Shown: piece after piece, positions 14,301 through 25,300 of the stretch | How positions within the stretch are numbered: position 1 is the stretch's first letter | How the letters are laid out: every line of letters begins with the position of its first letter | Assembly (NCBI GenBank): GCA_002633005.1 | Contig: NMRA01000061.1 | Span: 62,001 to 126,000 of the forward strand | Source: Phoronis australis | Lineage: Eukaryota; Animalia; Phoronida | Length of the DNA: 64,000 nucleotides | Direction of reading: 5' to 3' | Made by a program: the position numbers and the translations under genes | The notes under the pieces: model-generated | What the model was told of the DNA's origin: nothing | The model's input: only the letters and a program-made list of their open reading frames with translations | The model's database searches: none

Positions 14301-17300
14301 GAAGTCCTTTAGTTAATGTTTGCACACTGTATGTCATCACTTGCTGATATGCTGTGGATGTTTTTTAGTGCGTTATAATTAATTAACATCTGGTGTCCCA
14401 TTATATCAAAGTAACACCGAATTATAACAAAAGACCACCGTATCAGATTTTTACTGTAACATAATTTCTTAAAAGAATTTGTGAAGACGGTCGCTTAGTG
14501 CGCATGGGACTGTTACTTGAATTTAAATACTTGTACTTTGTTGCAATGCTGGTCGTTCTCATGAAAACACTGTGTTGTATTTGCAATCTCTTGCGTGCGA
14601 CTGCCATAGGTACGAGGCCATTATTTGGTGAAATGGGCCAGTGAGACTGTAGCTCAGGGATGAAAATTGAATCTTGTCTCATTCATGTACATAGGACTAC
14701 TGGCACGATTTAGATTATTATTTGTTGTTTGCAGAGAAGAAACGTGTGTCTTGAAGGAAGGGGAGGAGGACAAGACAAAATCATATTTGGCGCAGTGTTG
14801 GTGTCAGCCTGCAATCACACAATCTGAGCTAGACAAGCTTTCAACCATGAAAGTAAGTCTATGTTACTTAGCTATTATAATTGTCGCGCTATTGGTGTGA
14901 GCCTGCGATCACACAGTTTGAGATAGACTGGATGTCAGCAATGAAAGTAGGTCCATGCTAGCACTGTTGGTGTGAGCCTACAATCTCACAGTCTGAGCTG
15001 GACCAGTTGTCAACCATGAAAGTAAGTCTATGTTAGCCAGTACAATTGTCGCACTGTTGGTGTGAGCCTGCGATCTCATAGCCTGAACTAGACTGGCTGT
15101 CATCGAGAAATGTGCGTCTATGATAGCAATCACATTCAGTAGTTAAAAGTTTTTAATTTTAATTACGAGACTTGTGCTGGCTTTACACCAACTCAAAATT
15201 AAACTTAAAGCTTTAGAATTGTCTTCTGTTTTTCTCAACTGTGCTTCAAAGCTGTCACAAGTTTCAGCTCTTTAAGTAGGGATTATTTTAATATTCATTT
15301 CCTAAAGTATATGTTTTAATACGGGCTCTCCTTGAATTTCTGGTGATTATCAGATATTCAAATATTTAACTTTCGAAAGAGCAGTATCTAATACTCAATA
15401 GAGCTGAATATATCGGAAGCTTCTTTTCACTCGTTCACAGGACATTGCGCTGAAGCAGAAGACTCCTGTGCGTGTACTACATCGGCGAGCTCTGTTGTTC
15501 CGCGACCGAATGGTGCACAGCCTGAGCGCACAGCTGGTGGACGATCACCACTTCAACCTGACACTGGTCACTCAGGCTGGGACGTATCCTTTGAGGTTGT
15601 TTACAAGCACTGACCATTTTTAAAAGATTTTTAGCAGGAGCCTCGTGCTGTGCAATTGTTTTTCCAGTTAGGACAAATTCCTCAGCGCAGATAATTTGTA
15701 GGAAAATCCAGCACTGTCATTTTCATGATTTTTAGAAACTGTTCATCTGTCATAAAACAACTTTTTTATAAAATGCTAATGTTTTTTTTAGCAATCTGGA
15801 AAGTTGGCAGCGTTTAATAAATAAAAAAATTCAATTCCTTTTCTATGAAATATTGAATAACTGCTGTATTTTTGTTTAATGTTTGGGGGTTCTTTGTAAT
15901 TGAAATACCTTGTGAACTTTTTCCAAATTTGCTACAGGGAATTCCCGGCTGTTATCTTTTCAATTTAGTAATACTCGCAGGCTTTTTTGACACGAGCGTT
16001 GTTCAGCCGTCGGTGTTAGAATTTAACTTTTTAACCAGAGGCATTTTTTTAGCTTCTAAGTTGAAAATCTTGGAGCAAAATCAAAGTCATAGACACAAAA
16101 CTATTTAGATCCTAAAGTCTGTATATGGTATTGCTGAGCATGTACCTTAACTGTAGTTAACCATTAAAACACGAGGCAATTTTTCAATGCTCATTATTTT
16201 GATTACACGTCATTGAGCACACGTCAGTCAGGATCAGCAAAGAACTGCTCGGTAGTCAATGCACAAGATTTGTACAATATTACACAAGACAGTGATGAAT
16301 TTCCTACTTAATATTAGAAGAAATGAATTTTAAACGACAATTACGTGTAATTAATTATGCACACAGTAAACGACTGAGTACCAGAATGTTGCAGGGTCGA
16401 GATTTTCAAAGCAAAAATGAAACAAGCCTCCACCCATTTTTCAGGTTTAGGTTACTTCACCAAAATCTATGTAAGAAGCAATGATTTGCTACTGGGATAA
16501 ATTTCTAGGCACAAATCCCTATTTTTAAGTGCATTTTGCTCCCATTAATTTCAAACACTGGCGTTTTCTTCTTTAAACACCACTTCATAAAGAAAAGCAT
16601 CGCTGGTCCGACTTAAATTAGAGACCAGCATCTCCTGGAAACACGACTTCTATTCGAAACTTTACGGTACACCTATCCCCCACCAGTTAGTGAACTTTTA
16701 TTGTCACCAGCTCTTGACCCAGCTGGTGTGTGTTTGTCCTTGTTATCACGTGAATTTTCACCTCTTTGCAGTTGGTCTTTCTCAACACTGTTATCAGTTC
16801 ATCATGTGTGACTATTACTAGGCTGTCATGTGTTCCTATATCCATCTGATAAATTGTGCATCGTTGTACCATGGTGCGTAGTTTTACCATGATGGTGAAT
16901 ACTTTTACCATTATATTGCATTATCCTTTTACCATTTTGTACATACCAGTAGCATAGCTAATGCGACAATAGTCACTTATAGGATTACCAAAGTTTGGTA
17001 ACCATTTTATTGCCTGTTATTTAGTTGTGAGAACTGGTTCTCAAGACACGACTTTTACAGCTAATGCAAATTTTCCCATGCTTATGGACCATATAAAGAT
17101 CTTTTTGTAAAGAAAATAGGTTGCAGAAGTTCTAAATTTAATTGAAATTAAGTTTATTTCTCTCAAACATGTATTATAGATAATGGGCGCTACTCAGGGA
17201 ACTTTCGAACGTTAACAAAAGAATGGAAATTTTTGCAACAACAATGATAGCACCTTGCTAATAAAAAGTGGAAAAATAAATTAAAATGCGTACTTACCAA

Positions 17301-17873
17301 ACTATCCATCTGTGAAGAGGTAGGGTATGGTGAGGGGAAAATATTTTAAAGACAGCCCTACGATAATTTAGAAACAAATTTGATTTCAGTACTGTGAATA
17401 TTTATTACCAACTCAAGTTTCAGGGTTCTGGTATATTTTGTATCTTATCTATAATTTAATCAATCCTCAAACTTGTGAAGGGCCCTTCATTCACATTATA
17501 AGAAATGTTTCCACAAAACCTGAAATTTTATTTAATTTTTGTATGTCCCTCCAGTTGTGACTTGGATTTTATGGGTGAGCAAATTGTAGAAAACATTCTT
17601 TCTGAAGTAAAAGTTCAAGTCATTCCGGTGTTGTTAATTTTTTAAATTTTAGCCAATCAGCTTGTGTTTTTCTCACTTCCTATCGCACAACAAACAGGAA
17701 TATTCTGTCTACTTGTCTACACATACACGCGGTCACGTGTTTTTGATTGCTGTCTTCCTTAACGCCACATCAGATATGTTAAAGAGTTTGTTCATGGCGA
17801 CTTTGGTCGTACTCAGCCCAACCTGAATACGATTCTTGGCAGGGAGTGCGATATTCTTGAATTGGATGTCAAG
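2385..17873 (+). CDS. PUS10: tRNA pseudouridine synthase Pus10 (3'-partial; terminal exon not found)
   Basis: Phase-consistent exons: 2385-2414, 3518-3655, 4097-4246, 5185-5271, 6600-6634, 7861-8034, 8371-8428, 8968-9041, 10712-10797, 11630-11755, 12827-12883, 13180-13256, 13848-13903, 14735-14852, 15441-15583, 17774-17873. Motifs: CPRC and CAVC (Zn site), GRYNKYSRTLSQTPW, catalytic SSGREDVDVRMLG, QKTPVRVLHRR, TQAGTYVKEFVHGDFGRT, DILELDV. Confidence 0.96.
2651..3182. mobile_element. MITE/non-autonomous TIR element in PUS10 intron 1
   Basis: ~75-bp imperfect TIRs: 2651-2723 (tagtagtagagatggtg...cttcatacgctggaagcttttcggctaattatgcttcacat) is the reverse complement of 3104-3182. No coding capacity. 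A related internal fragment occurs near 10387-10420. Confidence 0.75.
3705..3867 (+). repeat. Dispersed T-rich repeat; second copy at ~20584-20736
   Basis: Visible alignment over ~160 bp (ttggaatttttctatt...tttcgatttc...ttgatatccagtttc...ttatcattattt...aattttacac...atatttct). Confidence 0.65.
4677..4959. repeat. Minisatellite, ~59-bp unit, ~5 copies
   Basis: Unit ctataatgctgtatataggtcactctcacactcttctggccttgttgggtggcctctta repeated in tandem in PUS10 intron 3. Confidence 0.9.
6391..6527. mobile_element. Small fold-back (hairpin) MITE-like element
   Basis: Imperfect inverted arms: catatggacctcgggagag ... ctctcccttggtccatatg, extending outward to tgatca/gatatc-like pairs. Confidence 0.55.
7651..7718 (-). 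mobile_element. tRNA-derived SINE head or tRNA pseudogene
   Basis: The reverse strand reads gtcccgaTAGCTCAGTGGactag...GGTTCAAGTCCcagt, giving Pol III A and B boxes. The anticodon arm is degenerate, so it is not a functional tRNA. Confidence 0.6.
9221..9374 (+). mobile_element. tRNA-derived SINE (family copy 1)
   Basis: A box TGGCCTGGTGG and B box GAGTTCGATTC, followed by body tgctagacccttgagtgaggtctttggctcctcagctc and an AT-rich tail. Aligns with the inverted copy at 28873-28985. Confidence 0.75.
9616..9989. mobile_element. MITE, left-truncated copy of the element at 49473-49853
   Basis: Colinear match (gaactcaagataagtgtctattattctatgctcgagta...tatgcataaactataatgtattcg...gagaccgggcc) to the NPHP1 intron copy. 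Confidence 0.85.
10534..10667. repeat. Tandem repeat, 43-bp unit, 3 copies
   Basis: catgctgagagggggcagcacagatgggggatctatctaccat x3, just upstream of PUS10 exon 9. Confidence 0.9.
12498..12695. repeat. Near-identical ~99-bp tandem duplication
   Basis: tcaaaacattgtctgttggtagccgttgtgctgaactttgatatggaaagg[g/a]atttag...aaaaatgagaaaa occurs twice with one visible mismatch. Confidence 0.9.
14790..15130 (+). repeat. Four tandem copies of the 3' half of PUS10 exon 14 plus its donor site
   Basis: Unit tgttggtgt[c/g]agcct[g/a]c[a/g]atc[a/t]caca..ctgagct[a/g]gac...caaccatgaaa|gtaagtctatgtta starting at ~14790, 14887, 14961 and 15051. Confidence 0.85.
15584..17773 (+). other. U12-type (minor spliceosome) GT-AG intron of PUS10
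   Basis: 5' site GTATCCTTT at 15584. Branch site TTCCTTAAC at 17755-17763, ending 7 nt before the CAG, with no polypyrimidine tract. Removing the intron restores QAGT/YVKEFVHG. Confidence 0.93.
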
Positions 17874-18999
17874 GTAATACAAGTGGACAAAATGCCACAT
17901 GGTAGAAATCTCTTCCTTGATTTTATTTACACAACATAGTTGTCATACTTATGTTAAGGTTTATAGAGGCAATACACTGTGCTTGCTCAGTTGCTCTGTG
18001 TATGATTACGACTGTGACTTTTGTCCCTTAAGATTTTTAATTTACCTTATTTAATTGGTTTTGGTCAGGTATCTTTGGCCAGAACTTCTCTTTGGTCCTT
18101 TTTCAAATTTTTAAAGAGGAGTTCCATGCACTTTGTACCGTGAGGATGCCCTCATATTATGTTGTATTGAAGATTAAAAAATGTCAAATACAGGAATCAG
18201 ATGCTGCATTGACCCTGTAAGTGAGGTCATTGATAATGCCTGGTACATCAATACTTTGCTCTGTTGATTAAACACAGCACCAGGTTGTACATAAATATCA
18301 TATCAGTGGTATCTGTAGAACTGATACTTGACTATGTTGATGAGACACAACACAGATATGCATGAGTTATGCCTCGGAAATATTGGTAGATTTGATTATT
18401 TAATTTGTTAAGGTGATTGTAAATCACCTCGGTCACAATACTTTTGATTTAAACTGGTAACGTTATAGACACTTAGTCTCACTGTTGTTGAAGACTAGTA
18501 CTATTTCCCTCTAAGCTGTGATAAATATTCTGAATTGAGAGATAGTTATATTGAAGTGTAATACTGGAATTTTCCATCCTTTTTCAAGTTCAATAGATTA
18601 ATATCAAAAAGTGGTGATGTTTTTCCACTGGGTGATAGCTTGCTGCACTTTTAAGTATGTTGCACGTTGGTCTTTTGTTCAGTGGGCCTATTGCCTTTAT
18701 TACAGAAATAAATTGATTGATTGGTTGATTATGGAATTAGTCTCAAATTGTTGCTTCGTCCAAATACATTTGATTCCTGGGCTTGAAAAGAACCCACATT
18801 TTGTTATTATTTAAAACAAGACTTTACAAGTTGACTTGTCATTTCATTCGAGGAGCACGTCTCTAGAAATTATGAGAACTATCAATTAATTGCAATACCA
18901 AAATCAGTTCTGTTCTCATTCAGGAACTAGTTGAGATCAATTTAGAAGCAGTAGGTGATCTTAATCAAAAGCGGGTCTGTTTTTTGAGGGAACTCTGGT

Positions 19000-19000
<1 letters not shown>

Positions 19001-19085
<85 letters not shown>
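19001..19085. repeat. (CTG/CAG)~28 trinucleotide microsatellite
   Basis: Uninterrupted tgc repeat of 85 nt. Confidence 0.97.
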
Positions 19086-19087
<2 letters not shown>

Positions 19088-20163
19088 ATCAGACAAAGTG
19101 CTTGGAAGTGATATTTCCGTGAAATTGGTAGCTCCTGTGCAGCGTTTTTTGTTGATCAGTTAAGTTGGGCATTAGTTGTCCATAAGTGTCATACGGCTAC
19201 AGTAGACGCAGGAATCGCACGAAAACGTACGATCGTGCCAGTCCGTGAGATACCTCCATGCATTACAAGTGAAACGCGTGATCACAGTAGATTTTCTCTT
19301 GAATGTCTTTGGTCTACGGAAAGCAGGCCTGGATTGTGTTCCGTAGAGGCGAGAAACTCTCGAACACGCAAGACTTCCTGAGATATCACCATGCATTACA
19401 ATCTAAGCACGTGATCACGCAAGCCTTTTGCGTCTAACTCAGCCGATACTTTGCTATGTAGGTAACGCACACGTCTTGGGGAAGCATGGAACCAGTCTAC
19501 TTCCGTGTTATACATGTGACTAACAGTTTTTATCATTTCCGTTGTAGTCTGTGGACGTAAGTTGGCCAAAGTGCATAGACACTGATGAAGAATGTCAGGA
19601 TGCAAACAGCGAAGAACCTTTTGACAAGAAGATATAGCAGACAATATGGCCGACAAGTGAAATTCTATTTTGCCAAGTTTCTCCACAAAAATAAAGAATT
19701 GAATAAAAACTTAGTTTGTTACTAGCATGGCTTGTACTGTGTAGATGTGGTAAAATAACAGTTGCTAAATATCCGACTTCTGCAGTGAAATATTCAGCTT
19801 TTAGAAAAATGATAATTTTGGCAATTATTTTTGTGTAAAATAAGTGTAGAATTAGCAAGCTATATTTATTTTAACACTGAATGTGAATTACATTGTATGA
19901 CTGTGATTTTTCTAAATAACATGAACCCACATCTAGAAGACCACTTTGTTTTTGTTCAGCATTGGGCATTTGGCAATATTTATGCATTAAAACTCAAACA
20001 AGTTCAATAAAACCGGACCAAGTGATTTTGTATTAATGTGGTGAAAGTCTACTTATCTGAAGGTCTGAGTTCATGAACAAGAACAATCGTACCAGTGAAA
20101 TTGTCAAGTTTTGCGAAAATCTTCTTAGATATCCAGCTTAAGCCAGTTTTACTGTATATGTAG

Positions 20164-20197
<34 letters not shown>

Positions 20198-20215
20198 NNN
20201 NNNNNNNNNNNNNNN
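20164..20215. repeat. (CA)n microsatellite abutting an 18-N assembly gap (20198-20215)
   Basis: Directly visible in the sequence. Confidence 0.97.
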
Positions 20216-20962
20216 TACTTATGTGCTCGTTATACCGTCCTCCCGATTCGTCCCTGCGTCGTCTGCTGCTTTATAGCCAAAACCACTAGATGTATTTTCG
20301 CGAAATTTACGAACAAGTTCCTATCATGGATGTTTTTGGACGGATCCGACTACCAGTCTGCCCGTATTGGCGATTTTAGTTTTTTACTGCCATGTTTTAC
20401 TGTAAGAATATGTAGGACATTGTTGACAAGTGTGTACATGTAGCTATAAAATCTAGCTCCTAAAAGTATATGTTGTCCCAATGAAGAAATTCCGTAGAAT
20501 TCCATTTTTGCATTATCAGTGGAGCGTAACGTGCGGGGCAGCATCCTCGGCTGACCATCGATGGGTGAAGGTATTTTTCAGGGCTTAGAATTTTCTTCTT
20601 GTAAGAAGATTTCCACTTTTTTGTTTTCGATTTCCTCTTATTTGATTTCCAGTTTCTTCTTTTTCATCTCTTTATCATTATTTTTCATGCAAAAACGTCT
20701 ATTGATCAGTTAAATTTTACAAAACAAAATATTTCTATCACAGAAGCCTACTTATTTGGGGAACAATACATCACCTGGGAAATTTTCCTCTTTCTTGTCA
20801 TTGGTCATTCCAAGCCCTGATTTTTGCTGTTCAGCATAGGTACCCCACAATTGCCCCTCATGCTGACTACATGTACGTACTTTTCACGGCGTCATTTCAC
20901 ACCAGGCAACTCAACCTGAGAAATGCTTTTTAAATTCCTTCGGAAAGAAATAAGTCCACTCG

Positions 20963-21106
20963 CATGGGAGGCGCACCATAGGGGGCGGGGGCTATAGCCC
21001 CCCACTTTTTTCAGTGCTAGGCCCTACATGGTCTATAGGCGGTGCACCACAGGGGTGCTGAGGGGGCTTTAGCCCCTCCCCACTTTTTTCAGTGCTGCGC
21101 CGCCCA
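20963..21106. mobile_element. Short hAT-like MITE (copy 1; copy 2 at 43825-43966)
   Basis: TIRs catggg[a/c]ggcgca ... tgcgccgccca and an internal direct repeat ggggct[a/t]tagcccc...acttttttcagtgct. The two copies are colinear. The superfamily is inferred from the CATGGG-type end only. Confidence 0.75.
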
Positions 21107-22344
21107 CGAGTCTCGTTTATCAGTCGGAAACCATAATATAAACCCTAACCACTGAGAATGTTTTAATGTTATCGTAGATACATTTTCTGACGAAAAGCCA
21201 CGACGTATGAAAATTTGAGGCTACTCTTCAAAAAATAATGAAATTCGCAAATGTTGAACATAACCCAATCGAGTGTCCCCACCAGTTCGCCAACACCACC
21301 CCAAAATGTTAACCACCTCCGTTGCCACAATCTGGCCAGTACTTTATGTTGCGACGCACGTGACACGTAGATCCTGGAGAACTACTTAAATTTATGATGA
21401 TGGCTGGAACACCGTTCAGACCACACGAGGCGTCCTCAGCTCGACGGCACTCTATTACCGTCTTCATCTGCCACGGATCCCAAACTGATAACAGTCCCAA
21501 ATGACCGATGTCTCAACCTGAATAGAGAATGAAAACACCTGTCACTCTAATCACTGTTTATTTTTCTTACTTCAGAGGTGTCCTCAAGAATTCAACGGGG
21601 ATCTGGGGGATCTGCTCTCGTTGTTCCCCCGTAATTCTACACAAATATGAAAAGTGGTCGTGTCAAGGCTTTGAAGAAAATGTCTAAGAATAATTTCAAG
21701 ATCAATTTCGAGTTTGGAAATCGGACCCGGCCCGTGGTCTTCACCAGATTCATTTTGAAGCCTGTTCCCCAAAGGCACGTACTCGCCCGAACTTTTTCAA
21801 TAAGCGGAAACAAACGCCCACATCGCCTTTAGCGATTGGCGAAGTTCGCTTTTGTCAAAGGCTACACAAGCGTATTTCTTAACAAATTGACTTGGGAACT
21901 TAGCTAGAATCACCTGGTTCAATACCTTAATTGATCGAGAACCAGTTTCCAATGGAAAGTGGTATAGTTTTGGTGCTGTTGACTAGAGTACAGACAATCG
22001 GCGTCATTGCATGAACCGCCGAAGCTCCTGAAGAAAAAAAAATACCGCGCCACGTCAGGGCACATCAGGTGTCATTTTAAAAAAACTACCAATTCTCAAA
22101 AATTGACCAACCCAATTCTGTTACTGTTTTACGTCTCATTCGGCCGGCCACAACGTCCCAAAGTGTCACAATTTCAACACTGTGACAATTTGGGCCTGCA
22201 CAAAGCATCCCCCCTCCCCCAAAGATAAGGCGAGACGAAATCATTGCTGGCGCACTCCTCTCGCTTAGATTAAAATGAAAACGAAGTACACAATCATCAA
22301 AACCTAGACTATTCGTGCCTCCGGCAAGTCTTTAGAGTCACAAC

Positions 22345-25300
22345 ATGCATTTGGTGACGGGAGCTCAGGTGTTTATAGCCGCCTCAATGCTGGTGGTCTC
22401 CCACGCCCAGAATATTAACATTTTATGCATGATGACCAAGTGTCTTCAACAAAGCGTGCGCTGTGGTGCCTCCGCTACCTGCCGAAGCGCCGTGTCGTGT
22501 ATTGGAAAATGCGGAACAGACATGACCTGCACGTACAAATGTATTGCAACGTACGGTGACAAGACGTTCGATCTTTTCATTGACTGCGCAATGACCAGTA
22601 AGTAAATACTATACCCAGTGTGCCTCACCGTAGCTGCGGCGTTTTGGAATTCAGTTTTCATATTGCCCCAGAAGATTTATCAATTTTTGTGCCAACTACC
22701 ACTATTCCTTTGTGCATTTTACCGTTTTACCATCATCCGGGTGAAAAATATTTCCAATCTGGTAAAAACATTCGACCTAGATGAAATAGTTGAAAATACG
22801 TATCAACGTTTTGCGGTTAATTTTGGCAGTCTGGGTCATGGTAAAAGGCTTTGCGCGGGTTTTTAATATTCTCTCTTTTCACCAGCTCGTAAATGAATAA
22901 ATGCGATCAATTGAAATGAGCGGTTCGTAAATTACAGCCATGTGCGTATTCGCTATCTTTATTGTCAATTTTCTCAGTTCACAAAAAGTACAAATTATGA
23001 AGCTATTCTATAGTGACCACCATCACGTTATATTCGTTATATTACTACTTTAACAGAAATCCAAAAAAGCGATTTCAAAAATTCCTCACCAGTCACGAAG
23101 ATACATTTGAAGTAAAAGAGAATGTTAAATGTCTTCTTGATCGAATTCTCATTATTTTTAAAGGCGTCGCGCACCACTTGAAGATAATTATTGACAAATT
23201 TGGAAAGCGTTACAACTTGCTGTTTGACATTTTTACCTAAAATGAAGCGCCGGAAAGAGTATTTGTAAAAGCCTCAATCCGACACGCGCGAAGACGCATT
23301 TAAAGCTCATGACTATGGTTGGCCAATAGCGTCAATGTCTTTTTGCCGGCATTCGCGAAGAACGTGATGAAAGTTTTGATGAACACTAAATATAACCATT
23401 TCCTCAGAAGCCAATTCAGGATTTTAACCACAGGCCTTCGATTTCTATTTGAAAGCGAGTTTCACTTTCTGTGCTATTGGCCTGTTTTCGAACATTTACA
23501 ATGGAACAATCTTCTAGGTTTTCTTTTTAAAAATCGGGTAAAGAGAATATTTTGATAGACAAAAAACTTCAAAAACAACGTTTACATGACCGGGCCTTAC
23601 CACCAGGTCACATTCAGTATCACTGTGTCGTTACAAGAAAACAAGTGCATCGTTCCACCTGCCAACCCCCATCCCATACAATGTAAGAAGCCTCCTGTGG
23701 ACAGCTTGGTAAAAAACTTCAACATCACGCAGCTGTTGGGAAAATGGTACGTCATCTATGGCATGAACCCGGTTTTTGACTGCTTCAATCGCTCTTGGAG
23801 TTCCTTCGAAAAAGATGGCGACCAGAGTCTCGTGCTAACTGAACATTACCAGGTCATAACGCTCGACGGGAAACCAAAGAACATGAGTCAGAGAGAGGTA
23901 AATGTGAAGACAAAGGTATATGGGGTCAGTAATAAATCAGGATTGTTTTAAATCACCTACAAACCGCATTCCGTTAAAATACTTATTTAGACTACTTATA
24001 AAACTGTTCCCACTAATAAGTCGTTAACTGTTTAAGTTTGGACTGAGTCGAGTTTCGGGCTTTTGTAGAACTCAGTGGCTGTCATGTCATGAACAGAGTC
24101 CCTTTAAACAACAGTATTAGACCAGGACCGATTTTATCAACATTTCTTTCAGGCACAGCTTCTACTTTGAGTTAGTGATGTAGTTAGTTAGTTAGATTAT
24201 AAGCCATGCTGATAATTACTCACCAATAGCTCAAGGCTGGGGGTTCTCTTGACAAAATAGCTATTACTAGACCAGGAACGCACACAGTCTTATTTTTACT
24301 CCTCCATTCAGATTTAATAATTTCCATCCTTCATCATGTCCCAAAAAGAAAAAAAAAGAAAATAGAGCCTGGATGCTTTCAAGCATTCTATTTAGATATG
24401 AGCTCGTAAGAAACAGTTCCCTCACTTTGTGAATAGAGTCACACTATTGATAACTAGTATATTCCCTATTGTGAATGGAATGTCACGTGGATAGAACCGG
24501 TCCAGCTCACAACATGGCTTATGAATTCCTCAAAATCGATCCTCATCTCGTTTAAAGGGAGTGTCTGCAGCATGGCTCCTTCTGCTACAGTAAGAACCAG
24601 GCTCATCTATGCTGGAATATGACGTATCCGATTAGTGCACCGATCATGGCTTTTAGCCATAACACTTACCACTAGTTCTTTCCAAGTTCACCCAAATCAC
24701 TTTTCATTTGAGTAATGACAATAGTTGTCTTCATCAGAAATTTCAATTTCTTAGACTGAACGTATGCAGAAGCTTTAATATAAAAAAGAAAATCGTGAAT
24801 ATTGACGATTTCATTCATGGACAGTGTAGGCGTATGCAATTTACTATTTAGTAAAACGTTTCGCCATTTGTTCCTGATCACCAGTGAGCATGAAGGATGC
24901 ATCCAATTGAAATTAACATTGTTTTCAAACAGGATGTGTCTATACTCAGTACCATGAAAACTTTTAAAGGTAATTGTTTAAATTACCTCTAATGACCGCT
25001 CATTTTTAAATTCGGAAACCCATAGTCGCTTTTATATTGATGAAGTGGCTTAAAATCGACACCATTAACTTGTTTTGTCGATTACACCTATCGAAGTTTA
25101 TTTTATACAGAATTTCGGGTACGTCGACGTGAAAGTGTCCCCGTCCGTTTTTTACTTAAAATCCAAAGACCCGGGCATAGCGAGGGACGACGAATTTAGA
25201 ATTATCGCCGCCGATCCATCAGGTGCATACGTGGCGGCTTACTACTGCGGAGAAAGCAACGGAATGAGGTATGTTTTGTCGTTGACCTAACGAGTAGACA

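Noticed and set aside
21309-21518. Minus-strand exon-like segment (…VRRNIKYWPDCGNGGG) with an acceptor near 21519
   Set aside because: All frames from the acceptor hit stops early or start with TGA; no partner exons or recognisable family.
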